From NCBI GenBank assembly GCA_963665815.1, contig OY762463.1, positions 1,792,001 through 1,856,000 on the forward strand: a stretch of 64,000 bases of DNA. Reading direction: 5' to 3'. The stretch is from Candidatus Cloacimonadales bacterium. Its GTDB lineage: Bacteria; Cloacimonadota; Cloacimonadia; Cloacimonadales; JAIOQZ01. Shown here piece after piece: positions 55,888 through 64,000 of the stretch; position 1 is the stretch's first letter; each line of letters opens with the position of its first letter. The position numbers and the translations under genes are program-made. The notes below the pieces were generated by a model. The model was not told where the DNA came from, made no database searches, and saw only the letters and a program-made list of their open reading frames with translations.

Positions 55888-56931
55888 TTAAGATTCTTTA
55901 TTTATAACATTTACTCTGGTGTCATTTGAAAGCTTGGTCATACCATCCACAATAAGCATGTCATTTTCATTGAGTCCCGATAATATCTCAACTTCCTGTC
56001 CAACTTCAACTCCAGTTTCAACTTCGCGCATCTTAACAGTTTCTCCATTAAGAATGAATACGTATTTTTTACCTTTCTTCTCAACAATATTAAACTTGTT
56101 GATTACAAAAATATCATCATGAGATAATGTCTTTACTTTAACTTTTACAAAAGCCCCCGGCTTCAGTACATTGAGAGAGTTATCAACTACAACTTCAACC
56201 TGAAAACCTCTTGTAGCAGGGTCTGCAGAAATTGATACATCACTTACTACCGCTTCTACCTGAGTACCAGGAACAGCATCCCACTCTATGGTTGCTTTCT
56301 GCCCTTTCTTAAACTTGAAATAATCTGTTTCATCAACATTAATTGTTGTTTTAAGATGCTTAGTTGCAACTATTTCGCATATTGTATCACCGGGAGTTAC
56401 TTTGTCACCTTTATCTACCGGAACGCTTGTAACTGTACCGGGAATAGGAGCTTCAACTTTCACCATTTGGGATACGGAGTTAAGGTTCTCCTTAGCAACT
56501 TTATACTGTGTTTCGATATTATCAAGTTCCTGCTGAGATATCCCACCTGCTTCAAAAACTTTTTTCATTCTGTTATATGATTTCTCTGCCATATCAAATG
56601 CCAGTTTTGTCTGTCTGTATTGAGCTGAAGGGCTATCAGTCTCAAATTCTGCGATGATATCACCCTTTTTAACCTTGTCACCAACTTTGACATTGATTTT
56701 TGCTATATTGTCACTTAAGAGTCCACTTACTTTTGTATGCTCTTCACCTTCAAGAGTACCATCATATTCTGTGTACTGATTCAAACTGCTTTTACTTACC
56801 GATTCAACTCTGACAGGAATTCCCTTGGCTTTCTGATAATCTGCAACAGATTTTGATTTAATCTTTTCCTTTGAACACCCAGCCAGCAGGATAAATGCAG
56901 ATATTAGTATTACAATGTATTTCTTTTTCAT
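55888..56931 (-). CDS. RND efflux periplasmic adaptor (membrane fusion lipoprotein)
   Basis: Lipobox LAGC; VKVGDKVKKG, VEAPIPGTV, LKPGAFV, GLNEND.LIVDG. Confidence 0.93.
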   Translation of the reverse strand: MKKKYIVILISAFILLAGCSKEKIKSKSVADYQKAKGIPVRVESVSKSSLNQYTEYDGTLEGEEHTKVSGLLSDNIAKINVKVGDKVKKGDIIAEFETDSPSAQYRQTKLAFDMAEKSYNRMKKVFEAGGISQQELDNIETQYKVAKENLNSVSQMVKVEAPIPGTVTSVPVDKGDKVTPGDTICEIVATKHLKTTINVDETDYFKFKKGQKATIEWDAVPGTQVEAVVSDVSISADPATRGFQVEVVVDNSLNVLKPGAFVKVKVKTLSHDDIFVINKFNIVEKKGKKYVFILNGETVKMREVETGVEVGQEVEILSGLNENDMLIVDGMTKLSNDTRVNVINKES

Positions 56932-56941
56932 TTCAGCTCCT

Positions 56942-58246
56942 TTATTTATAATCTCCGATTGAGAGTTTAAACATTAATGATGAATTTATAAAATTATGAA
57001 TTGCAGATAATTCCTGAAGTTTAGCCTGTTCTAAGTTAGACTGAGCATCAACAACTTCTATTTGTGTTCCAACTCCATTAGCATACCTTACATTAGCAAT
57101 ATCAAGCGCCTTATTAGCTTCCTTTACACTTTGCTTATGCAGTTCAATTTCTCTGGCATACTGAATCATACTTTTATGATTAGATTCAGCTTCAAGCTCA
57201 ATAAGCCTCTTAGTCTGAATCAATTGAAGTCTGGCTTTTTTTATGCTGACATCAGCCTGCTTAACTTTGGCATATGTTCCACCACCATTAAACAGCGGTA
57301 CCTGTAGATTCAAACCTACATTGATATTCTTATAGCTGCAATTATCATCTATCACATCTCTGTAGCTGTCATTAGTACCTTGAATTGAGTATACTCCGAC
57401 AGCTGATAATGTTGGCAGAAAATCACCCTGAACAATCCTCTTGTTCTTTTTGTACATCTCATTCTGAAGCTCAAGGATTTTCAGTTCAAGTCTCTGCTCC
57501 AGAGCTTTGTTTTTATAGTCTTGAATATCAAGCAGTGATTTATATGCTTCATCGTCAATTGATCCGGCAAACTCTACATCCGCATCAAAATCTATCACCA
57601 GGTCAGATTTAAGTTTGTCTTCTGCCAGTTTAAGCTGATTCTCATATTGTACAAGCTGAGGTTCAACTTCTTTTACTCTGACTCTCGCTTTAACAATATC
57701 GTACTCTGAGATTAATCCCTGACTGAACATGTTTTCCAGATTTGCCAGATTCTCATCTGCATCCTGTTTAACGAGTTGAATAACTTCCAGAGCTTTTCTC
57801 GCAAGCAGAACATTATAGAAACTCTGTTTGATCTCAAGCTTCTTTTTTTCCTGTTCCAGCTGGAAGGTTTTCTTTGTTAACTCTTTATATATTGATGCAA
57901 TCTTAATTCCTGTTCCAACTTTTCCACCAACCCATATAGGCTGAGCAAGAGTAATTTCTCCCTGTAAGCTATAGTCCTGAGACTGATCTATAAATTCATT
58001 GCTACTATCCAGTTTTCTTACACCTGTAAATGAGGCATCAATCTTTGGAAGAGCATTAGAGAATGCTTCCCAGTACTGATGATCTGCATTTTTCAAATCC
58101 TGATCAGCCATCAGAATATCTTCATTATTTTTTAAGGCCATTCTCACTGCCTTATCTATACTGATAATCTCGGAAGCACTGATTACCACAGGAGTAACTA
58201 CCAATGCAACTATCATCAGTATGAAAGTAATACCTTTGTTGGACAT
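56942..58246 (-). CDS. TolC-family outer-membrane efflux protein
   Basis: Signal peptide; AL.NN, LP.I, QPIW.GG, LQVPLFNGG, RYANGVGTQIEVVDAQ. Confidence 0.92.
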   Translation of the reverse strand: MSNKGITFILMIVALVVTPVVISASEIISIDKAVRMALKNNEDILMADQDLKNADHQYWEAFSNALPKIDASFTGVRKLDSSNEFIDQSQDYSLQGEITLAQPIWVGGKVGTGIKIASIYKELTKKTFQLEQEKKKLEIKQSFYNVLLARKALEVIQLVKQDADENLANLENMFSQGLISEYDIVKARVRVKEVEPQLVQYENQLKLAEDKLKSDLVIDFDADVEFAGSIDDEAYKSLLDIQDYKNKALEQRLELKILELQNEMYKKNKRIVQGDFLPTLSAVGVYSIQGTNDSYRDVIDDNCSYKNINVGLNLQVPLFNGGGTYAKVKQADVSIKKARLQLIQTKRLIELEAESNHKSMIQYAREIELHKQSVKEANKALDIANVRYANGVGTQIEVVDAQSNLEQAKLQELSAIHNFINSSLMFKLSIGDYK

Positions 58247-58623
58247 TATTTTTCCTCCTCGTAATAACAGATGACTCTGCTGTCAGTTACTCGAAGTTCT
58301 ATTCTTCTGAGAGTATTATTTTCGTTGTTTATATGTGATTTTAAATATTCATAAATTACTTTTGCAGTAGTTTCAGCAGTAGGATCAAGATCTGCAAACT
58401 CAGGTAATTCATTAAGGTACTTCTTATCAAAATGCTTGATTAGTGATTTCAGCTTGTCATGCATCTCGTTGAAAGGAACTGAAACTCCAAATTCATCAAC
58501 ATTCCTGAATGTAATGTAAACCCTTACAAACCATAAATGTGTATGAAGTTTGCTTTCATATTCAGCACTCAGAGTCACTTTATGTGATGCATTAAATTCC
58601 AGTGTTTCTATAAGTTCATACAT
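58246..58623 (-). CDS. QueD / 6-pyruvoyl-tetrahydropterin synthase-like (T-fold) protein, divergent
   Basis: FNASH, LHTH, YLNE..EF..LDPTAE. ATG at 58623 lies 4 nt after the RND stop. Confidence 0.75.
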   Translation of the reverse strand: MYELIETLEFNASHKVTLSAEYESKLHTHLWFVRVYITFRNVDEFGVSVPFNEMHDKLKSLIKHFDKKYLNELPEFADLDPTAETTAKVIYEYLKSHINNENNTLRRIELRVTDSRVICYYEEEK

Positions 58624-58627
58624 ATTT

Positions 58628-61600
58628 CTATCCTTCAGTGTTATCTTTGTTCTTTTTAGAGAACTGCACATAGAATGCAGGGATTACGTACAAGGTTAAT
58701 ATTGCAGACATTAACAGACCTGACATGGAAACCACACCAACCCCCTGACGCATTTCCGCACCGGAGCCAAGTCCCAGAGCAAGGGGCATCATACCAAGAA
58801 CTGCTGCCAGTGTCGCCATTATAATAGGTTTAAGTTTAAGATGACTTGCTTCCAGAATAGCCTTACTTACTGAAGTACCTGTTCTATTAAGCTGATTAGC
58901 ATAATCAAGCATCAGAATCGCATTGTTCACAACAATCCCGATCAGCATAATGATTGCCATCATTGAGAGGACGTTAAGTCCTACTCCAAAAACAACCAGA
59001 CCAAGTACAACCCCAATCATTGCCAATGGCACAGTGAACATAATAAATACACCCTGAGACCAGGATTCCAGAATTGCTACAATAAGCAAAAATGTTAGGA
59101 CAATTGCAAGCATAAATGCTGATTTCATTGACTCCTGAGAATCATTCTGGTGTTCAGAATCACCACCCTGTTGTATTTCATAACCATCAGGTATTTCAAT
59201 TTTTTCATCTATTCCAGCCTGAATATCGGACACAATTTTACCAAGTGAACGATTACCGACATCTGCAGTTACTGAATGCTTGAGTAGTTTACTTTTCTTG
59301 TACAACATTGTAGGTGCTGTTGTGTATTCCAGTTTTGCCAGTTCAGAAAGTTTCTTAGGTCCTTTACTTGTAAGAATGACAAGATCTTTCAATCTGTTGA
59401 TATCTTCTATATCTTCTTCTGCCAAACTTACGGTAATATCATATTCTTCACCGTTAACTCTATACTTTGATGCTGAGATACCTTCTACATTTGCCCTAAT
59501 TGTCATACCGATTGTATAGGCATTCAGGTTAAGATCTGAGATTTTTCTTCTGTCAGGTATGACTTTTATCTCCGGTTTTCCCGGTCGAATATCAGTATCA
59601 ACATTTACCGCACCTTCAACTTGCACAGCAATATCATAAACCTGATATGTAAGATCTTTAACTACTTCAATGTCTGCTCCAAGAACATCAAATGAGATAG
59701 CTGATTTCCCGGTATTGAATTGAGATGCCTTACTTACCTTAATGATAGCATCCGGGATATCAGAAAGATCATTACTCAGCTTATCAACAAGTTGTTCTGT
59801 TGGAGTAATTCTATCATCTTTCATCAAGACATTCATTGATCCAAGATAAACACCCTGACTTGAGCCAAGTTTACCGATATTAACGATAATCTTTTCCACA
59901 TCTTTGTTTACTTTGATTCTATTTTCAATCATTTCAAACAATTCAGAAGTTTTTTCAATATCATAATAAGGAGGAAACTCGATTGATACTTTTGCTTCTC
60001 CATTATCTGTAACAGGGAAGAATTCACTGTCAATTTTTCTACCTAACGATGCAATGACGCCAACAAGAAGTAAAATTGATAGAGCAATAATCGACAATCT
60101 TCTCTGCCATGATTTGATTATCCATCCAACTGTATTCATGTACCTGATACTAATCTTCTCGAACTTATTCTCGAACCAGATACCAAAGGCATTCATCTGT
60201 TTTATTTTTCTTTTTCGTTTTTTGTTTATTCTTTCAATATCATGTTTGTCTCTGATTATCTGCGAAGCCAGCATTGGAGTAACAGTAAAACTTACCAGAA
60301 TAGAAATACCCATAATAAATACAACAGTAAGCCCGAACTCCTTGAACATCATACCGGCAATACCGTCCATTGTACCAATTGGTACAAACACAACAATATT
60401 CGTGAGAGTAGATGCCAGTACTGCTACTGCAATCTCTTTTGTTCCTTTGTAAGATGCCTCAAGTTTACTCATTCCCATATTAACATAACGGTCAATGTTT
60501 TCCAGAATCACAACTGAGTTAGTAACAAGAGTACCAACCGATACCGACATAGCCATAAGAGTCATCACATTGAGTGTGAATCCGGCTGCCTTTACTGCAA
60601 GAAAAGTCGCAATCAGTACAATCGGCATGGAGAAAGCAACTACAATTGTTGATCTTACATTATGTAAAAATATATACAATACAAGTGCTGTAAAAAGGAT
60701 TCCGAGGTAAATTGCTGACATCGTATCATTTACAGAATCTTTGACAAATGTTGATGAGTCTCTGGCAATTTCCAGACTTGAACCTTCAGGAAGTGTTTCA
60801 TTTATCTTTTTTACTTCAGCAATCACTTCCTCTGCAACTGAAACCGAATTAGCCTCTTTAAGTTTCTGGATATCAAGATTGATTACACTGGCATTTCCTT
60901 TATCCTTACCATTCAGAAGATTATGAAAACGTCCTATATCTGTTTTATCTTCTGCTCCATCAATAATTGTGGCAATTTCTTCTAATCGCCTCTCTCCCTT
61001 AGGAGTTACTATTTTCATTGTTCTCAGTTCTTCCAGGGATTCTATCTCTCCATCAAATTTTACAGTATATTCCTTACCGGATTTCTTAATTGATCCACCC
61101 GGAACACTGAGATTATTCTGCTGGAGAAAAGAAACTATCTGCAGTGGTGAAATGCTGTATTTCTTAAGTTTTTGTGTGTTGAGAACTACTTTAATCTCAC
61201 GATTCTGCCCTCCATTGATTTCAACCTGTGCTACTCCGGTAATAATTGAAAGCTTATTCTTCAGATTATCTTCTACATATTGATTTGCATCAGTAGGCTT
61301 CATATCCGATACAAATGACAATTGTACAACAGCATCACCCATAACATCATATTTACCGATTACAGGATCTTCTGCATCATCCGGGAAATCATTGATAATC
61401 TTATCAATTTTGTCCTTAACTTCCTGATTTGCCACATCAGGGTCTTTATCCAGATCAAACCGAATAATTACCTGTGTGAACCCCTCCATAATATAGGATT
61501 CAACATCATCAATCCCACTGATTGTTGATACTTCATCCTCAATCTTCTGCGTAATATTTGTTTCAATTTCCTCTGCTCCGGCTCCGGGATAAATTACTTG

Positions 61601-61741
61601 CACCGTAACAATCGGTACACTGATATCCGGAGTGAAGTTAATTGGTATTGAAGTAAAAGCCATTGCTCCAAGAATGACTAATACTACAATCATCACCCAC
61701 GTAGTGACTGGGCGATCGATTGCAAACTTGATAAAATCCAT
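58628..61741 (-). CDS. RND efflux transporter permease (AcrB/HAE1-like)
   Basis: IDRPV, YPGA..EEIE, two large periplasmic loops, 12 TM, GIVVNNAIL, LKPIIMAT, LGMMPLALG. ATG at 61741 after GGAGA. Confidence 0.95.
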   Translation of the reverse strand: MDFIKFAIDRPVTTWVMIVVLVILGAMAFTSIPINFTPDISVPIVTVQVIYPGAGAEEIETNITQKIEDEVSTISGIDDVESYIMEGFTQVIIRFDLDKDPDVANQEVKDKIDKIINDFPDDAEDPVIGKYDVMGDAVVQLSFVSDMKPTDANQYVEDNLKNKLSIITGVAQVEINGGQNREIKVVLNTQKLKKYSISPLQIVSFLQQNNLSVPGGSIKKSGKEYTVKFDGEIESLEELRTMKIVTPKGERRLEEIATIIDGAEDKTDIGRFHNLLNGKDKGNASVINLDIQKLKEANSVSVAEEVIAEVKKINETLPEGSSLEIARDSSTFVKDSVNDTMSAIYLGILFTALVLYIFLHNVRSTIVVAFSMPIVLIATFLAVKAAGFTLNVMTLMAMSVSVGTLVTNSVVILENIDRYVNMGMSKLEASYKGTKEIAVAVLASTLTNIVVFVPIGTMDGIAGMMFKEFGLTVVFIMGISILVSFTVTPMLASQIIRDKHDIERINKKRKRKIKQMNAFGIWFENKFEKISIRYMNTVGWIIKSWQRRLSIIALSILLLVGVIASLGRKIDSEFFPVTDNGEAKVSIEFPPYYDIEKTSELFEMIENRIKVNKDVEKIIVNIGKLGSSQGVYLGSMNVLMKDDRITPTEQLVDKLSNDLSDIPDAIIKVSKASQFNTGKSAISFDVLGADIEVVKDLTYQVYDIAVQVEGAVNVDTDIRPGKPEIKVIPDRRKISDLNLNAYTIGMTIRANVEGISASKYRVNGEEYDITVSLAEEDIEDINRLKDLVILTSKGPKKLSELAKLEYTTAPTMLYKKSKLLKHSVTADVGNRSLGKIVSDIQAGIDEKIEIPDGYEIQQGGDSEHQNDSQESMKSAFMLAIVLTFLLIVAILESWSQGVFIMFTVPLAMIGVVLGLVVFGVGLNVLSMMAIIMLIGIVVNNAILMLDYANQLNRTGTSVSKAILEASHLKLKPIIMATLAAVLGMMPLALGLGSGAEMRQGVGVVSMSGLLMSAILTLYVIPAFYVQFSKKNKDNTEG

Positions 61742-61751
61742 ATCTTCTCCC

Positions 61752-61769
61752 ATACATACTTGCATGTAT
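61752..61769. promoter_or_regulatory. Candidate TetR/AcrR operator upstream of the RND gene
   Basis: ATACAT-acttgc-ATGTAT inverted repeat; 14/18 identity to the site at 62481-62498 (opposite orientation). Confidence 0.55.
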
Positions 61770-61828
61770 TTAAATTGATTATACAATAAATATATATGCA
61801 GTTATGTTTGTTATTCTCTAAAAATTTA

Positions 61829-62461
61829 TTATACTTTTATGCTGTTAAAACCATTAAAAATCAATTCAATAAAAAAATCTACATCATACTTCAGCTCGCG
61901 TCCTGTAACACATTCACTGTGCCTGTGATCTCCGACCTTTTCCCCTATCATCGCAATGAAATTCAAAACTGAAATAGCCAGTTGTTCTGTATCCACATCA
62001 TTTCTAATTTCCCCGTTTTCCTTTGCTTTGGATATTTCACTACTGATTACTTCAACAATTTCAAATCCTGTATTGTAGATCTCAACTAATAAAGGTTTAA
62101 GCTCTTCTACAACTTTTACAGAAAGAAAGAAACCTTTTACCAATTGATAATACATAGCATCTTCATCAGTTAAATCACAAAACTCTCTGAATATTTCCCT
62201 TATTTTCTCAATAAAGGATCCATCTTTTTGTAATACATTCACAATATGCTGATGAAAACCTTTCAATCCATCCTTTACAAGAGTTCCATACAAATCCATT
62301 TTGTTTTCAAAATGCCAATATATAGCTCCTCTTGTTGTTCCTGCTTCCATCGCAATTTCTGACAACTTCGTTGCTGAAAAACCCTGACGGATAAAAACTC
62401 GCATAGCGGCTTCTAAAACCTGCTTTCTTGTTTGTTCGGCATCTTCTTTTGTTCTTCTCAT
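61829..62461 (-). CDS. TetR/AcrR-family transcriptional regulator
   Basis: MRRTKEDAEQTR...F...G...T.L.EIA..AG.TRGAIYWHF.NK. Confidence 0.95.
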   Translation of the reverse strand: MRRTKEDAEQTRKQVLEAAMRVFIRQGFSATKLSEIAMEAGTTRGAIYWHFENKMDLYGTLVKDGLKGFHQHIVNVLQKDGSFIEKIREIFREFCDLTDEDAMYYQLVKGFFLSVKVVEELKPLLVEIYNTGFEIVEVISSEISKAKENGEIRNDVDTEQLAISVLNFIAMIGEKVGDHRHSECVTGRELKYDVDFFIELIFNGFNSIKV

Positions 62462-62477
62462 ATTATATATCCTTATT

Positions 62478-62513
62478 TACAAACAAACATGTATGTATAA
62501 AAAATATTGTCAA
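62478..62513 (-). promoter_or_regulatory. Candidate TetR operator and -35 box upstream of the tetR gene
   Basis: Imperfect palindrome TACAAACA-aaca-TGTATGTA (62478-62497), with TTGACA on the minus strand at 62513-62508. Confidence 0.55.
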
Positions 62514-62561
62514 GAGATTTTCTGAAATTTCGAATTGAGTTAACTGAGCCCTAAATAAAAC

Positions 62562-62590
62562 TTGACTTCAATAATTGTACAAGTTATAAT
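62562..62590 (+). promoter_or_regulatory. Sigma70-type promoter for the rhodanese gene
   Basis: TTGACT-17 nt-TATAAT. Confidence 0.75.
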
Positions 62591-62627
62591 GATCAAACAA
62601 GTTAAAATGGAGTATCAATAAATAATT

Positions 62628-63044
62628 ATGATTAAGAAAATATCAAAAAAAATAGTATCAGTAATATGTTTGTTCCTCGGATTATCTTCCTGTCAGGCAA
62701 ATAGTGATCCCGGGCTTTTGAGTGTTGGAGTTGATGATTTCGAATCTAAAATTACTCAGTTCAAGAATACAAAGAAAGAGTATGTGATTATAGATATTAG
62801 AACCAAACCTGAATATGATTCCGGGCACATTGAGAATGCTGTTATGATTGATTTTTACAGTAAGAATTTCTATGAGGAAATCTCGAAATTGGATAAATCT
62901 AAAACTTATTTTGTTTATTGTAGAAGTGGAAACAGATCCGGAAAATCCTTGAAACAGTTTAAAAATGCAGGATTTACTCAAGTCTATGATTTGAAAGGCG
63001 GTATTAACGCCTGGAAAGCTAAAGGCAATAAAACTGTAAAATGA
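62628..63044 (+). CDS. Rhodanese-like domain lipoprotein
   Basis: Lipobox LSSC; IDIRT..EY..GHI..A, YCRSGNRS, LKGGI.AW. Confidence 0.92.
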   Translation: MIKKISKKIVSVICLFLGLSSCQANSDPGLLSVGVDDFESKITQFKNTKKEYVIIDIRTKPEYDSGHIENAVMIDFYSKNFYEEISKLDKSKTYFVYCRSGNRSGKSLKQFKNAGFTQVYDLKGGINAWKAKGNKTVK

Positions 63045-63054
63045 TATTGAAGAG

Positions 63055-63999
63055 TTAGATTAATCCCCATCTCTTTCTCAAATATAGTTCAAGACAGAAA
63101 GCAGATAAAAATGTAAGAAGAAAATACAAGTTATTATATAGACTTATTTCCTTTATTTCTTTGTTTGAAATTGAGAAAGAATCTGTCAGTTTCATATCAG
63201 CAGGATTACTGAATACACTTCCTCCAGTGATGTTTGCCAGATATTTAAGCAGATTAGAATTTACTCCACTATCCATCGCTTCAGAAGACACATCTGCAAC
63301 AACTATCTTACCGGATTTCTCTCTCTTTGATTTCTGATCAACAACCCTGTAACTATATTCTCCTGCCATATCCAGGTCTGCAATGTACTCAAATTCTCCA
63401 TTAGCTGATGTCCTGAAAAAATCTCTTGCTGTTAATTTACCATCCTTACTGAGAAAAATCTCTGCACTGACATCATTTACTTTCTCCATACTTTCATTAT
63501 ATGCAGTAAGAGTTATCCTTGCATTATCTCCCTTAAAGTAAACATCCTTGTCCATATCAATGTTAATCAAATCATTTTCATTTAATCCGGTCCATTTGAT
63601 ACAGCCAATGATAAACTCCTTGTATCCATCCGGATCGTCACTATGCATACTCCATTTCCAGATATCCTGTACAGCAAACTGAATAATGCGACTTCCTGAA
63701 TATGATCCTGAGATAATAGCCGGAGAGTTTTCACCATCATCAAAAACCGCAAGAGCCTTTTTAGCTGCATCAGGCTTCAAATGGATTTTTTTAAATGGAG
63801 GTAACTGGTTCTGAATAGTCTCGAGAGCATCAAATATCCTAATTTTCCTACCTGATCTGCTGACTTTAATCTGATCCGAAAGGTTATCAGGGAATCCATC
63901 ATATTCTTGAGTAAGAATTTCGTTTAAACCGCAATCAGGATCTCCAATGAAGATTAATCCCTTATTCCTTTTCAGGAAAGTAATTATTTTCCTGCTGTT
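63055..63999 (-). CDS. C-terminal part of a membrane-anchored protein (vWA / glutamine-amidotransferase-like associated type), partial
   Basis: Frame is open from the right edge of the window. WKW motif, LKYLANITGG, C-terminal TM then LELYLRKRWGLI. Confidence 0.7.
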   Translation of the reverse strand, partial: NSRKIITFLKRNKGLIFIGDPDCGLNEILTQEYDGFPDNLSDQIKVSRSGRKIRIFDALETIQNQLPPFKKIHLKPDAAKKALAVFDDGENSPAIISGSYSGSRIIQFAVQDIWKWSMHSDDPDGYKEFIIGCIKWTGLNENDLINIDMDKDVYFKGDNARITLTAYNESMEKVNDVSAEIFLSKDGKLTARDFFRTSANGEFEYIADLDMAGEYSYRVVDQKSKREKSGKIVVADVSSEAMDSGVNSNLLKYLANITGGSVFSNPADMKLTDSFSISNKEIKEISLYNNLYFLLTFLSAFCLELYLRKRWGLI

Positions 64000-64000
64000 C

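Noticed and set aside
55888-62461. RND pump as the exporter of the NRPS product
   Set aside because: It is separated from the operon by unrelated and oppositely oriented genes and has its own TetR control. Nothing in the sequence links the two, although it cannot be excluded.
8-63770. Many short ORFs in the track (e.g. 8..298, 21468..22016, 11868..12263, 60054..60452, 2780..3160)
   Set aside because: They are antisense or alternate-frame shadows lying within longer genes that have clear family motifs, and show no motif support of their own.

Overview
AT-rich bacterial DNA from a diderm organism (TolC, Wza, OmpA and many lipoproteins). I saw no rRNA, tRNA, CRISPR array or transposase. The window is dominated by a ~38 kb, tightly packed minus-strand gene run (53.3 kb down to 15.0 kb) with three parts. 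First is a signalling block: histidine kinase, two response regulators with degenerate c-di-GMP domains, and a PAS/PP2C-like/RsbW-like fusion, with a STAS protein further downstream. Second is a Wzx/Wzy-type exopolysaccharide pathway: priming transferase, WecG/TagA, GT2/GT4/GT8 enzymes, two epimerases, Wzc-like, Wza, polymerase/ligase, flippase and an OmpA lipoprotein. Third, in the middle of these genes, is a 3126-aa three-module NRPS (A-T-C-A-T-T-T-C-A-T-TE) with a triplicated carrier domain and a cysteine-nucleophile thioesterase, preceded by a GNAT acetyltransferase and a pol-beta-type nucleotidyltransferase. The best candidate for an undescribed system is this NRPS-in-EPS operon, which may make a peptide-decorated polysaccharide under Syp-like partner-switch control. 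That is an inference, not something the sequence proves. The flanks hold surface lipoproteins (LruC, VIT/DUF2135), a second convergent polysaccharide gene block, and a TetR-regulated RND efflux operon with an atypical proton-relay motif and an inserted QueD-like gene. All family calls come from motif recognition by eye, not database searches.
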